Source: a virus
Lineage: Duplodnaviria > Caudoviricetes
Virus record (IMG/VR): IMGVR_UViG_3300028629_000021
Span: 1 to 40,634 of that record
Direction: 5' to 3' (one strand)
DNA length: 40,634 nucleotides
Below are positions 26,096 to 38,200 of this stretch, piece after piece. The translations under genes were made by a program, and so were the position numbers. The notes beneath the pieces are model-generated. The model was given only the letters and a program-made list of their open reading frames with translations. It had not been told where the DNA came from and made no database searches. Positions within the stretch are counted from its first letter, which is position 1. Each line of letters opens with the position of its first letter.

Positions 26096-26532
26096 AGAAA
26101 GGCGCGGCAGCGGAAGTTCATCGGGACACGGATTACCTTTTCACCGGGACGCACAAGGGGGCCTCGGGAACACTGATCTTGTCGGATAACGGCAAGTATT
26201 TCGCTTCCCTGGGCGTCATGGTCGGGCTGGCAATCGCCAACGATACGGACGGCTCCAGTGGTCTGGTGACGGCGGTGGCGGACAATACCGTTACCTGTAC
26301 GCTTTCCGGGGGAACGGCAAACACCTGGACCACGGGCGACACCTATTACATCTACAAGACGGCGGCCTACAATACGAAGATTTCCACGACCTACACGGAT
26401 AAGATTTACGGCCAGAAGGTAACGGACCCGGCGCAGCTCTACAAGGGGCAACTGGCCGATGATGCGGATCTGGATATTGACCACGATCATGTCTGGGGTC
26501 CGGGGCAACCCTATTCGCCTGAGAGGTATTGA
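26092..26532 (+). CDS. Virion beta-domain protein
   Basis: N.TDGS......LSGGTANTW..GDTYYI domain shared with the next gene. Confidence 0.7.
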   Translation: MKKGAAAEVHRDTDYLFTGTHKGASGTLILSDNGKYFASLGVMVGLAIANDTDGSSGLVTAVADNTVTCTLSGGTANTWTTGDTYYIYKTAAYNTKISTTYTDKIYGQKVTDPAQLYKGQLADDADLDIDHDHVWGPGQPYSPERY

Positions 26533-26534
26533 CA

Positions 26535-27680
26535 ATGGGCATTACCACGAACGTCAGCGGCTTTTACGAAGGCTATACGGTAACGCAACTGGAAAAACTT
26601 GCCCTCTGGCACGTGGGGCAGGTGCTCGGGACAACCGTCTCGTTTGACCGTTTCCCCAAATGGTTGATCAGGGCATTTCTCAATGAGCGTCAAAACAAGT
26701 TCGTCTCCGAATCTCATTGCCTGAAGAAGTTTGCCCTTCTCATCGCCAAAGAGGGTTACGATATGTACAAGTTGCCCTCCAACTGCATAGACAACGGCGT
26801 GATTGCCGTCCGGTACTTCGAGGATGCAGACACCTACTACGACCTGGAATTGACAGACATCGAATCCCTGGACCAGGAGGAGCCCAACTGGAAGACGGCG
26901 AAGAATAGCGACGTTCCCGAAAAGGCTTTCATGGGCGACTCTTACGGGAACGTGCCGATGATCGGTATTTATCCGCGGCCTGATGCCGACGGGACCGACT
27001 ACGCGCTTTCTCCGGATACCGGGGTTACAGTGGGCGACGATCTACCGGGAACGGTGAACAACATCGTCGGGACAGCCACTGGCGGCGGGACCACGACCCT
27101 GGATGATACGAATGTCGATTTTACCGACATGGGCCTCGTGGAAGGCATGTACGCCCGGAACGTCACCGACGGCAGCTACGCCTACATCAAAACCATTGCC
27201 GAGACGGAACTTACCTTTGCCGCTGCCCTGACCGGCGGGAGCGCCAATACCTTTGCGGCGGGCGACTCCTATAACATCCTGGCCGGGGAATACGGCGTCA
27301 TCGTCTCCTGGGACCAGGATGAGCGCTACATCTTTTCGGCCAATATCGGCCTCGTCAATAAGATCACTGTGCCGGATGGGAATTTTTGGGTGGATTACGT
27401 CCCCATGCCTTCACCGTTTTCCGTCGATGATGCGGCCTCGGACAGCAATCAGGGCAACGACGATCAATACCCGGAGATCCACAAGCAATATCAGATTGCC
27501 CTCGTCTATGGCGTGGTGGCCGACCTCCTGGCTACGTTCCATGAGACCTCGAAGGAGTTTCAGCGGGCGGCTTATTACGAGGGCAAATATAACGAATCGC
27601 TTGCCAAGGCGACGATGCGGAAGGGGGCGCGTCCCTTCCGGCGAAAGCAGGTGAATGTTTATCCCAGAGTGAGGCGGTAA
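26535..27680 (+). CDS. Head-tail adaptor with inserted beta domain
   Basis: FLNE.Q..F, Y.LP, IGIYPRPD, PEIHKQYQ.ALVYG. Confidence 0.75.
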   Translation: MGITTNVSGFYEGYTVTQLEKLALWHVGQVLGTTVSFDRFPKWLIRAFLNERQNKFVSESHCLKKFALLIAKEGYDMYKLPSNCIDNGVIAVRYFEDADTYYDLELTDIESLDQEEPNWKTAKNSDVPEKAFMGDSYGNVPMIGIYPRPDADGTDYALSPDTGVTVGDDLPGTVNNIVGTATGGGTTTLDDTNVDFTDMGLVEGMYARNVTDGSYAYIKTIAETELTFAAALTGGSANTFAAGDSYNILAGEYGVIVSWDQDERYIFSANIGLVNKITVPDGNFWVDYVPMPSPFSVDDAASDSNQGNDDQYPEIHKQYQIALVYGVVADLLATFHETSKEFQRAAYYEGKYNESLAKATMRKGARPFRRKQVNVYPRVRR

Positions 27681-27684
27681 GAGG

Positions 27685-29508
27685 ATGGCACAGGAGCTTG
27701 TTTTCTTTCATGAGGGGCTAAACTACTCGGCGCGGTCGGTATTGCAGAAGCCCGGCTATCTGAAGACGGCCAAGAATGTGGGTTTCTCCATCGACGGGGA
27801 GACCTCGTTGCGGGAGCGGTTCACCAAGGTCAACACGACGGCCGTCGGGTCCATCCACAGCATCAAGCGCTTTCGCAACCGGCTTCTCATCGGCGACGGC
27901 AAGCATCTGCGGGAGAGATCCGCGGCCTCAGCGGGAGACTTCACCGACCTCTATTCCTCTTTTGCCGACGCCCCCTGGCAGTTTCGGGAATACAAGGACT
28001 TCCTCCATTGCGCCAACGGGACCGACATGGCCCTGTTTGATGCGAGTGGCAATCTGTACCCGGCGCAGCCGGCTAACCCGTCAACCTCTCCCTCCGGGGC
28101 GGCGGGTGCAGCCGGCAACCCGTCGGGACATTACATGCTGTATGTGTCCTTCCTGATCACCTTCCCTAACGGCATGACTTACGAGACGGGGCTTTGCGCG
28201 GCCTCGGCGGACGTGAATGTCACCAGCCAGAAAATATCCTGGACGTCCATCCCCGTATCCACTTATGCGGCCTACTACGGGACGGCGCCGACCATCCACC
28301 GGAAGTTGTACCGGGGGCCGGGGACCGGCGGGACCCTGGCGGACATCTACTACGTGACCGTCATCACCGACAACACGACCACGACCTACACCGATGATTT
28401 CACAGACGAGGAACTGGCCGACAACGGCGGCTGTGACGTCGAGGATTACGAGCCGCTCCCGGATGCAACCTATCACGCCTACCATAACGGGCGCTGGTAC
28501 GGCATAGACGCCACCTACGAGAACCGGATGGTTTATTCCGAAGCGGCGGCGGGAGACACGGCGACGGAAAACGAGATCATGATGCCCATCGCCACGATGG
28601 ACAACGATTGGGATGATCTCCGGGTAGCGGCCTGCGATGCGGTGGACCCGATGGGGATGGTCTCCTGGGGCGGGAACCTCTATGTGGCTCTGAAACAGAC
28701 CTGGCTTATGAAGCGGGGAGATGATCCGGACACCTGGGCAATCCGCAAGACCTGGGCGAACCTGGGTATCGGCGCTCCTTACACTATCTCTCCCGTTTCC
28801 ACGCCGGGCGGTATCCTGGGACTGTCGGTAGGCGAAGGCGGCACGCCTTTCCTGACGCTGTTCAACGGGCAGAGCGGCGACATCCTGACTTCCCCTATCC
28901 TGGACTACCTGCTCAAGACGGACCTCGACATGGACTATATCGAGAACTGCCGGGGCATGGCGGTGGGCCGGAAATATCACCTGCTCTATCCGTCCAACAG
29001 CGCCACGAGCGGGACGCCGGACAGTCACCTGTGCATCGACCTGACCCGCCTTCCGGACATCCGCACGGCGAAGTGGGACGGCCTGAACGCCGTGTGCTTG
29101 GACGCGTACAATCAGGGGCAGGCTTACTACTTCGGCGGCTCCGACGGATATGTCTATAAGCATGATACCGCCTCGACGGAAGTGGTTGATGTGGATGTCG
29201 AAACCCATGACCTGGCCGGGGGCGGCTTGCAGCTCACCAACATCATGAAGACCTTGAAGGAGCTGAAATACAACCTGGACACCGACGATGACGACGTGAC
29301 CCTCGTGGTCTATATCGACGGGACGGCGGCGACCTGGCCGGACGGGAATGCCTACAAGACCATCTCCGGCGGCGGCGATGAGATACAGTTGCTTAAATTC
29401 CCCCCGAATTTCCGGGGCTATAACTACCGGCTGCGGGTGTATGCGTCGGACCTGACGACCTTCACTATTTACAGCCCCTGGACGGTGGATTTCGATGTGA
29501 CGGCGTGA
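27685..29508 (+). CDS. Tail nozzle/head-closure protein (P22 gp10 / T7 gp12-like)
   Basis: 607-aa beta-propeller-like protein (GLN...A.NV, YFGGSDGYVYK) after the adaptor. Confidence 0.7.
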   Translation: MAQELVFFHEGLNYSARSVLQKPGYLKTAKNVGFSIDGETSLRERFTKVNTTAVGSIHSIKRFRNRLLIGDGKHLRERSAASAGDFTDLYSSFADAPWQFREYKDFLHCANGTDMALFDASGNLYPAQPANPSTSPSGAAGAAGNPSGHYMLYVSFLITFPNGMTYETGLCAASADVNVTSQKISWTSIPVSTYAAYYGTAPTIHRKLYRGPGTGGTLADIYYVTVITDNTTTTYTDDFTDEELADNGGCDVEDYEPLPDATYHAYHNGRWYGIDATYENRMVYSEAAAGDTATENEIMMPIATMDNDWDDLRVAACDAVDPMGMVSWGGNLYVALKQTWLMKRGDDPDTWAIRKTWANLGIGAPYTISPVSTPGGILGLSVGEGGTPFLTLFNGQSGDILTSPILDYLLKTDLDMDYIENCRGMAVGRKYHLLYPSNSATSGTPDSHLCIDLTRLPDIRTAKWDGLNAVCLDAYNQGQAYYFGGSDGYVYKHDTASTEVVDVDVETHDLAGGGLQLTNIMKTLKELKYNLDTDDDDVTLVVYIDGTAATWPDGNAYKTISGGGDEIQLLKFPPNFRGYNYRLRVYASDLTTFTIYSPWTVDFDVTA

Positions 29509-29936
29509 TGACGGTAAGAGAAGCGACAAGCAAGGAAGACTTTGAACAGATGCTGGATATGGCGGCCAACCATCCGGCTCCGGAGTACGATTGCGACTTT
29601 TCGGTTTATGCCGGCGCGGTGCTGAGTGCGGTGGGGAAGCGTGACCGTTTCCGGGCGTGGCTGTTGATGGATGATGAAGGGGATCCCGTCGGTTACACTG
29701 CGGCTATCCGGGAGAATTACCTGCGAAATGAAATCACCGTCTTTGACATCTATCTGACGCCGGAGGCGCGGGGCCTGGGACGGTTCAAGATGCTTACCGA
29801 TGAAATCAAGCAGTGGGCGGAGGAGAGCGGGGCGCTGCGGGTAACATGGACGAGCAAATGGCCGCTCAAGAAGTGGTCCGACAAGCTCGGCCTGAAACTG
29901 TCAGAATATACGACCTTTGTCTGGGAGGTGAACTGA
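29505..29936 (+). CDS. GNAT-family acetyltransferase-like protein
   Basis: VREAT..D, DIYLTPEARGLG, WAEESGA; position before ejection genes as in podoviruses. Confidence 0.8.
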   Translation: MMTVREATSKEDFEQMLDMAANHPAPEYDCDFSVYAGAVLSAVGKRDRFRAWLLMDDEGDPVGYTAAIRENYLRNEITVFDIYLTPEARGLGRFKMLTDEIKQWAEESGALRVTWTSKWPLKKWSDKLGLKLSEYTTFVWEVN

Positions 29937-29937
29937 T

Positions 29938-31185
29938 ATGTGCGGGGGCAGGAACTGGATAAGCGACATCATGGGCAGTGGCACGACGATCGGGAATGTT
30001 GTTAACTCCGCCGCCCAAACATTGCCCATAGTTGTGCCGTTGGGATTGACCATTATGAGCGGCGGGGCGCTGGGGCCGACCGGAGCGGCGCTGACCGCTG
30101 GATCCCTCGGAGCGACGAAAGGATTTTCCGATACAGGAAACATTGAGGGAGCGTTGAAACAGGGGGCCCTGACCGGCGGCCTTGCCTATGCCGGCGGAAA
30201 GGCGTTGGGGATGCTTTTTTCTCCGGCGGCTGTTGATTCAATGATGACGGCGCAGGGATTAGAAGGTGCGGGTGCTCCTGCCGTTGAAACGGGTTCGTTG
30301 CTTTCGGTTCCAGTTGGCGGGGCGGCGGTCCCCACAGCCTCAACCTACGCGACATTGGGTAGCGGATGGGAGGGGTTGCCTGGGGCAGCAACAACATCCG
30401 GCGTTCCTTCCTCGATGTCCATTGAATTGGGTTTGCCTGAAGCGTGGGGCGGTGGATTGGCGGCAACAGATGCAGGCGCGTCAACGGCGACCAGCATTGC
30501 CGATATATTATCAACAACAGGAGGTGAAGGAGCGATGATGGGGTTTGAATGGGCGAATCCGACCGAGTTGGAGGCGGGGTGGAATGCCCCGACATTATGG
30601 GAAAACATCAGAGCTACCCCGGTATTGGGCGATTCTTTAGGATGGCTCGGCAACCATCCCCTCACCACGGCCCGGATGTTCACCAATCTGATGGACATTC
30701 CCGGCAAGCTCAGAAAGAAAGGGGCCTATGAGGACCTTGCCGATCAGTTGACGGGCTTCCGGAACAAATACCTGGACGACTACAACCGGGCGGTTGAAAA
30801 TGCCTCGTGGAATGACACCAAGCGGACGGAGTACATGAAGGGGATCATGGGCACGATTTCCAGCAACCTGGAAGGCACGAAGCGGCGTCTCAGCGCGAAT
30901 CAGGCAGCCCTGGGCAGGGGCGGCGGCGGATATGGAAAGCTTGTTCAGGACGCCATGCAGAAAGGCAGGGAGCAGGCGGCCACGGCCAGGGCGGAGACCT
31001 ACAAGCCCCAATGGTTCGCCCCGGCCAACACTTCCAGTTATGACAGTGCCATAGCTCAGGCTCTGGCGGCGGCCAATTCGCAGGGAGACGTTTATTCCAG
31101 CACGGCGGGCGACCTGGCGACGTCGTTGTTAAGCGGATTGCTGTCGGAAAAGATATTGAGCGGCATGGGCAGCATCTTCGGATAA
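29938..31185 (+). CDS. Putative ejection/pilot protein
   Basis: Starts MCGG; Gly/Ala-rich hydrophobic N-terminus with a helical C-terminus. Confidence 0.65.
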   Translation: MCGGRNWISDIMGSGTTIGNVVNSAAQTLPIVVPLGLTIMSGGALGPTGAALTAGSLGATKGFSDTGNIEGALKQGALTGGLAYAGGKALGMLFSPAAVDSMMTAQGLEGAGAPAVETGSLLSVPVGGAAVPTASTYATLGSGWEGLPGAATTSGVPSSMSIELGLPEAWGGGLAATDAGASTATSIADILSTTGGEGAMMGFEWANPTELEAGWNAPTLWENIRATPVLGDSLGWLGNHPLTTARMFTNLMDIPGKLRKKGAYEDLADQLTGFRNKYLDDYNRAVENASWNDTKRTEYMKGIMGTISSNLEGTKRRLSANQAALGRGGGGYGKLVQDAMQKGREQAATARAETYKPQWFAPANTSSYDSAIAQALAAANSQGDVYSSTAGDLATSLLSGLLSEKILSGMGSIFG

Positions 31186-31203
31186 AAAAGGAGGCGGTGA
31201 GCC

Positions 31204-32262
31204 ATGGGAGAGATAACCGATCGTTTTGATGCGACGATGAATAACGTGGTCCCCCTCGCCATGAAGAAGTGGGCGCTGGATATTGAGAACCAGAAATGGC
31301 AGGACCAGCTTAACGAGACGAAGCGGCAGCATAACCTCAACGCCGGGATGGAGTTTGTAAAGCAGAAGGTGTTTGACGCTGCGATGCCATTACTCGGGGA
31401 GGCCGGGGTGAATACGACTGGCTTGTTGGACAAGCTTCAAGCCTCTCCAGGGTATCAGAACGATCTCCTCAAACAGAAATCTAACGAACTTGCTTATAGA
31501 ACTGCGGAAGACAAAGCCGTGCGCATGGACGCGCTAAGGAAAAAGCTTGATCAAGGGGTGGCAATAACGCCTGGCGAGATGGGCGACTATGAACTTGATG
31601 CCAACGAAAAGGCAGATGTGCTTGCGGGTAATCCTGTTTATCGGCAGCATACTCCTGAAGAGATATTGGCCATGATCGGAGAAAGCGACCCCGAGACATA
31701 CCTAAAAAACGTTCTCGCACAAAAACAGCTTGCGCAGATAGACAAGGAGGATGAACTTTTGCCTCTTAGAAAAAGACTGCTTGAATCTCAGATAGCCCAT
31801 AACTTTAATCTTGCCAGGGGCGCCGGGAAACCTCTTCCTTCAAGTTGGACCAATGATGCCGTGAAGGAGCTGACGGGTAAGAGTGGCGGCGGCGGGCGGG
31901 GAGGATCAGGTGGTGGCCTGGTAAAGGCAATTGATGAGAACGGAGAAGTCATCTATGTGCCGAAATCGGAAGCGGCCGGGAAGAGAGCTTCAACCGGAAT
32001 AACCAAGAAACAACTGGCGGATGCTGAGGCCAAAATAACTGCCAACGCAGACAAAGAAGCCGTCGCACCGTATGTTGATCTATATAACCAGGCAAATACT
32101 GGCTACAAATACGAGTGGAAGCCGGGCCGGCTTTGGGGCGGCAAATGGGTGAAGAAGCCGGCGAGCGGTTCAGTGTCCCGGCCGGCGGCGGCCAATGCCG
32201 GGGCAGCAGGGGTTATTAAATGGGGGCGTGACGCTAACGGCAATCCTGTGAGGATAAAATAA
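31204..32262 (+). CDS. Putative ejection (internal virion) protein
   Basis: Helical, AAGGAGG RBS, coupled to the giant ORF. Confidence 0.6.
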   Translation: MGEITDRFDATMNNVVPLAMKKWALDIENQKWQDQLNETKRQHNLNAGMEFVKQKVFDAAMPLLGEAGVNTTGLLDKLQASPGYQNDLLKQKSNELAYRTAEDKAVRMDALRKKLDQGVAITPGEMGDYELDANEKADVLAGNPVYRQHTPEEILAMIGESDPETYLKNVLAQKQLAQIDKEDELLPLRKRLLESQIAHNFNLARGAGKPLPSSWTNDAVKELTGKSGGGGRGGSGGGLVKAIDENGEVIYVPKSEAAGKRASTGITKKQLADAEAKITANADKEAVAPYVDLYNQANTGYKYEWKPGRLWGGKWVKKPASGSVSRPAAANAGAAGVIKWGRDANGNPVRIK

Positions 32263-35200
32263 TGCTGGTTGAATTTGAGGGAGCTATTCACGAATTTCCC
32301 GATGATTTCACCGACAAGGATATAAGCGCGGCCCTTAAAAGTATCGGCAAGCCGCCCGCCGCAGCTCCTCCTTCTCCCCGACCCTCCGGCCTCCTGGACA
32401 GATTGACGGCGGGGCTGGCGGAAGGTATCAAGGCGTCCGGGGCGGAGTCGGACCTGATGACGGCTGCCGGCGGCCCGGTGGAGTTGCCAAGCCTGACAGA
32501 TGCGGGCACGTCCCTGGCACGCGGGATTACCTCCGGGATGATGACCGTACCCGAGTTGGGGGCCAAGCTGTTGGGAGATGCGGCGGACCAGGAGAAGTAC
32601 AAGGCGGCGCGTCTCGGCATGGCCGACGAGCGGGCGGAAGCAAAGAAGAACTATGGCATCGGCGGCAAGGTTCTGCTCGACATGCTGGAAGGCGTCGGCT
32701 CGCTGGCCGCTACCCTTCCCGTGGACATTCTGACGGGCGGCATAACGAAAGATGTGCTGATGGCCGACCGGGTGGCGCGGCTTTTCTCTCCTATGCTCAA
32801 AGGCGTTATCGAGGCATCGCCAGGGTTCGCTCTCGGCATGGCGGGCCGGGGAGCTTTAACGGAAGCCGCCGATAGGGAATATGACCCGCTGACCAGAGCG
32901 GCGCGAACTGTTGCCGGCGGCGTGGAGGGGTTGACGCTCGGCAAGCTCTTTGAAACGGCGATGGGTGTCGGCAAGGGCCTGGATTTACCTGGCAGGCTGG
33001 CGGCTCAGTTGGGGGTGCAGACGCCCCTGGGGGTTGGCATGGCCGGCATGGAGGCGGCAAAAGAGGGCAGGCTGCCGACCGTCGAGGAGCTGGCATCAGG
33101 GGCCGGCATGGGGGCCGGATTCGGCATCTTCGGAGCGCTGAAGGGGAAGCCCAAGCTCGACACGGAAGCCCTCAATGACTTCAAATACGAACGCGACATG
33201 TTCCGGTCGGAACTGGCTGACCGGGTGCGTGAGTTTGCCGGGGACCGGATGAGCGACGCAGAGGCGGACGCTTTCACGAGGGCCTTTGAATCCGCAGAAC
33301 TGAAGAAACAGAACATAACCGAGCCTTCTGCGGAAGATTATCGCCGGGGCCGGGAGAACCTGGCAAACATCTCTGAGGCAATGCGCCAGGGCTTCAACCG
33401 GGAACGCGGCCTGAACCTGTTGGAACCTCCGGGCGGCCTGAAAGCGGAAGGCGTTCTTTCCAATCCTATTGCCGCCGAAGCCATTCTGAGAGGAAACAAG
33501 CCGCCGCGTATTGCCGCCGATGAAACGGCGCTGGGCGTCAATGCGGCCCTGGAAAGACTCCTTCAGGAAATGGGAAGAGAGAAGGCCCTGCCGGCTGGCC
33601 AGGGGTTCGAGCTTAAAGACGAGCCGGCGATGTCCCGTTTTTCTCCGGAACTGGCGTCCCTGGTGCGGCAGCTTTCCGGGCGGGCAGCCCTGCCTTCTGG
33701 GGAGCGGGGATTTGAGCTTCAGGGGAAAGCCTACGACCCCATCGAACGATTCCTCCGGGATCTCATCGCCAAGGACCGGGAACGGAAGGCCCTGCCTCCT
33801 CCTCCCAGGGAAGGGGAGGGGTTCACCTTCAGTGATTCCACAGACAGCCCGAAGACCATGCTTCGCAAAGGGGAGCCTTCCTGGACGGCGGGACGGCTAC
33901 CGGAAGAGGGCGAATTGCAGGTTGACTACAAGCCGCGGCTGACCAGAGGCGGGACGCCGTTCAAGAGCGTCGCCACGGCCCAGGCCGCCATCAATAAGCT
34001 CGGGTTGCAGGATAGTTTCGTTGTCGTCCCCGTGGAAGGCGGCTATGGCCTCAAACGGGCAGGAACGAGCCCCAAACCGTCGGCGGGGGAGATCGTCGAA
34101 CCTGGGGCAACGTCGGGAGGTGTCGGGCAGGAAGTTCCGGAGTCGGATCGGGTAACGGGGGGCGGAGCGGTTCCGGGGAGGAGCGACCGGATAAAGACGG
34201 CGGCGGGTACGCCGGTGGACATCCAATATGCAGTCGTCCCGGCGGATAGTCTGATTGCCTCTCACGACACGGCCATGCGGATAAACAAGAACTATCCCGC
34301 ATCATTGCAGCCGCGAGACAGGACGCGGGCGGCCAGCGATGTTCAGGTGTCCGGCATTGCCAAGAAGCTCGATCCCAATTTCCTGGGTGAAAGTTACGAC
34401 GCCGGCACAGGTGCGCCTATTGTCGGCAAGGATCTGGTGGTCGAATCGGGGAACGGGCGCGTTATCGCCGTCAAAATGGCTTATGAGAATATCCCCGACA
34501 AAGCCGCGGCATACAGGGAATGGCTGGACGCCAACGCGGAGAAATTCGGGGTTGACCGTGCCGCCATCGGGAAGATGAAAAATCCCGTGCTGGTGCGAGT
34601 GCGAACAACGCCGGTGGACCGGGTGGCGTTTTCCAGGGAGGCGAATGAGGCGGGAATCGCCGCCATGAGCGCGGTGGAACAGGCAAAGGTGGATGCCGCC
34701 AAAATGAAGCCGGGGCTCATGGACCTGCTCGATGCCGGAGAAGCCGGAGACTTGACGGCAGCCGCGAACAGGGATTTCGTCCGGGGATTCCTGGAGGCGG
34801 TTGTTAGCCCCAGTGAACGCGGCCGTTATCTCACCAAGGACGGGCTCGTTTCCCAGGAAGGCGTCAACCGGATGCGTAATGCCGTCTTTGCCCGGGCATA
34901 CGGCGAATCGCAGGCCCTTTCCCTGCTGTCGGAAGCCACGGACAGCAACATCCGGAACATAACGAACTCGCTCGTATCCGTGGCCGGGAAGATGTCTCGG
35001 CTTGACGATATGATCAAGGAGGGTAAGCGCCATCCCCTTTCCATTTCCCAGGCCATCGGCCAGGCGGCGGATAAGATGTCCACCTTGCGGCAGCAGGGTA
35101 TGTCGGTGGATGCCTACCTGAAACAGGGCGCCATGTTCGACGATGGGCTGACGGACCAGGCAAAGGGGCTGTTGTGGGTATTTGATGAATTCAAGCGGTC

Positions 35201-38200
35201 GTCGAAGGCGCTGACGAATATCCTGGCCGGCTATGTCGAGCAAGTCAACAAGGTAGGCGATCCACATCAGCAGAGCCTGCTTGACAATGCCCCGATCCCT
35301 GATTATAATGATCTTATACAGAGGAGCATAAGCGATGAAAGAGCAGGACGACAGCAAACGGTATATCCCGACCTTTTTGAGGCCGGGGTCGGTGCGGCCG
35401 GAAGTGCAAAAGAAGCTTCAGGAGATCGACGAGGAGTATCGGAGGCTCGGCGGGAATGGGACCGAGAGCCTGCTGGAACTGCGGGAGCGGCGGCGGAAAG
35501 AGAAGGAATTTCCTCCCGTAAAAGAAGTTATGGCACAGCCCAAGTTGAGATTGATTTCGAAGGGGCCAGGCCGTTACCCGACGGTGGCGGAGTAGAATAT
35601 CCGCTTGTCGGCGAAGCGAAAATAGGCGCTGCCAAGTCTGACTATCAAGACGAATTCACCAGCCAGGACGCTGCCCAAATAGGGCGCGACCTCATATCCA
35701 AATATCCGCAAGAACATCTGATTGCCATCTTTACCGATAAAAACGGGCGGCCTGTCTCCGTGATGCGCCACGTTATAGGCGGCACCACGTCATCCGCAAC
35801 GTATATCGAGCTCATCGCCGGCAAGGCCGTGAATTATGACGCCGGCGGCATCTACATGGTGCACAACCATCCCAGCGGCAATACCAGGCTCAGCGATCCG
35901 GATATGCGGCTATTTCGAGCCCTGGGAGGGCTTTTGCAGGGAACGGGCATTGAAGCGAAAGATATGATCGCGGTCGGCCCCGAAACATGGGGCAATTCTC
36001 AGGGGAGCAACATTGCTTTCCCTGCCGACGCGAAGGGGAAGGAAGGCATCGAAATTCCCTATTTCGAGCGCGTATTTGCATCTCCCGGAAAGAAGCTAAC
36101 GACTATATCGGGCAAGGACGATTTCCTGCGCTATGCGCGGAAGGAAATGCCCGACGGCGGGATTATCCTGCTTAATGCCGTCAACGAGGTAGTCGCGACA
36201 ATGAAGGGATTGCCGGACTACGGCGCCATAAGAAAGGCGGGTTTGCGGGAACTGCTGGGAGAATCAGAGAAGCGTGCCGCGGCGGCAATGCTTATTTATG
36301 AGCCCAACAGAGCGCTTTCCTTTGACGACATAAAGAACGTCGGCGCCTTTGCTAACGCAGCCGGCCTGGCCCTTCATGACGTTTATACCAAGCGGGGCTC
36401 TTATAGAGAAGCATACGGCAATCCGCAACAAGGCGCCGGGAACATATTCCACGAAGGGATAACCTCTCTTTTCAGCCCGGAGGCATGGCGAAGGAATTTT
36501 ATTCCCCTGGCAAAGGACCTCTCCCGCGCCATCCCCCGCCTGGAGGCCCTGGGGCGCTTTGTGTTCGATGCCGGGAAGAAGACGGCCAAGGAGTGGGTGG
36601 CGGCCATGAAGTCTTACCTGGGCGATTTGTGGACGAAATTCCGGGAACAACTGCGGGACATCTGGAATAACTTAAAGGCGATGAACCGGAAGAAAGGACC
36701 GGGAAACGAAGCATCTAAACGTCATAAAGAATATCTAAAGTCCATTAATTCCGACCTCCCTAACCCATCCCGCCCCCCGGAGGTTGGGGGGCAGTCTGGC
36801 CGCAAGGGCCCCCTTGGAAATCAGCGCGGCGCCGTCAACATCAAGCCCCTGGCCCCGGTAGCGGACGCCCTCCGGGATTTCAAGCGCGAAATCGGCAAGA
36901 CCATTGACGAATATACCGGCGCTATTTCGACCCGCCTGGGCAATATCGACCCCGGCATCAAGGGGACGCTGCGGAAGTTTGAGTACCGCCGAGGCGTCAC
37001 TGCCGCCAAGCGCGTGGACCGGGTGCTGCCCTTCCTCAAGAAGGTCGCCAAGATGCCCAAAGAGGACAAGTCGGCCTTTGATCTGGCCCGGAAGAACGGC
37101 AATCCGGGAGAACTGAAGCGCCTCGTCACCAAGTACAAACTCGGCAAGGAATACCATGAACTCCGCCTCCTCCTGGCGGAGATGCACAAAGAAGCGACCG
37201 ATGTCGGCTATGACGTCGGCTTCCTGTCCAATTATCACCCCCGCGTCCTTAAAGATACCCAAGGCTTCCTGCGCTATATGTACCGGCAGGATGATTGGCC
37301 GATTCTGCAAAAGGCAATTCGCGCGAAAGAGGAAGACCTGCGGCGCTACCTGACTGATGAGGAAAAGGCCAAACTCGTCAACACCATGCTGCGGGGCTAC
37401 CCGGTGGCGGGCATCAGCCTGGGGAAGACCGGGCAGATGAAGGCCAGGGAAATCACCAGGGTGACGCCGGAGCTGAACAAGTTTTACATGGACTCCGACG
37501 GGGCGCTGCTGCGATATATCAGTGACGTGACCGACGCCGTGGAGGCCCGGAAGCTGTTCGGGCGGACGGCCAGGGGAGGCGCGATCGGCAACATCGAGGA
37601 CACCATCGGCGGATACATCCTGGACCTGCTGCAGAAAGGAAAGATCAAGCCGGAAAACGAACGGGAGCTGCGGGACATCCTGATCGCCCGGTTCAACGAG
37701 GTGGGGACGCGGGGCCTCTTCAGCCTCTACAAAAACCTCTCTTATATTGACACAATGGGATCTTCCATTTCGGCCGTCACACAGATCGGCGACATCGCCT
37801 GGGCAATTTACAAGAATGGCCTTCCCAAGGCGACCAGCGCCGCTGCCCGCGCTTTGGTGGGAGGCTCGCCGATACGGAAAGAGGACATCGGCATCGAGCG
37901 CATCGCTTCGGAGTTTGCCGATACGGGGAAGATGGCTAGGGCGGTTGACAAGACCTTCAAGATCATCGGCCTTGCTAAGGTGGACAACATCGGCAAGGAG
38001 TCCCTCATCAATTCCACCTGGAAGGCGGAGCGAAAGAAGGCCATGAGCGACAAGGGCGCGGAGAAGTTGCGGAAAGAGCTGTCGCCCATATTCGAGGAGG
38101 AAACCGAACAGCTCATCAGAGACCTTCGGGATGGCAATATCACCGACAACGTGAAGTTTTACCTCTTCTATGTTCTGTCTGATTTCCAGCCTATATCGCT

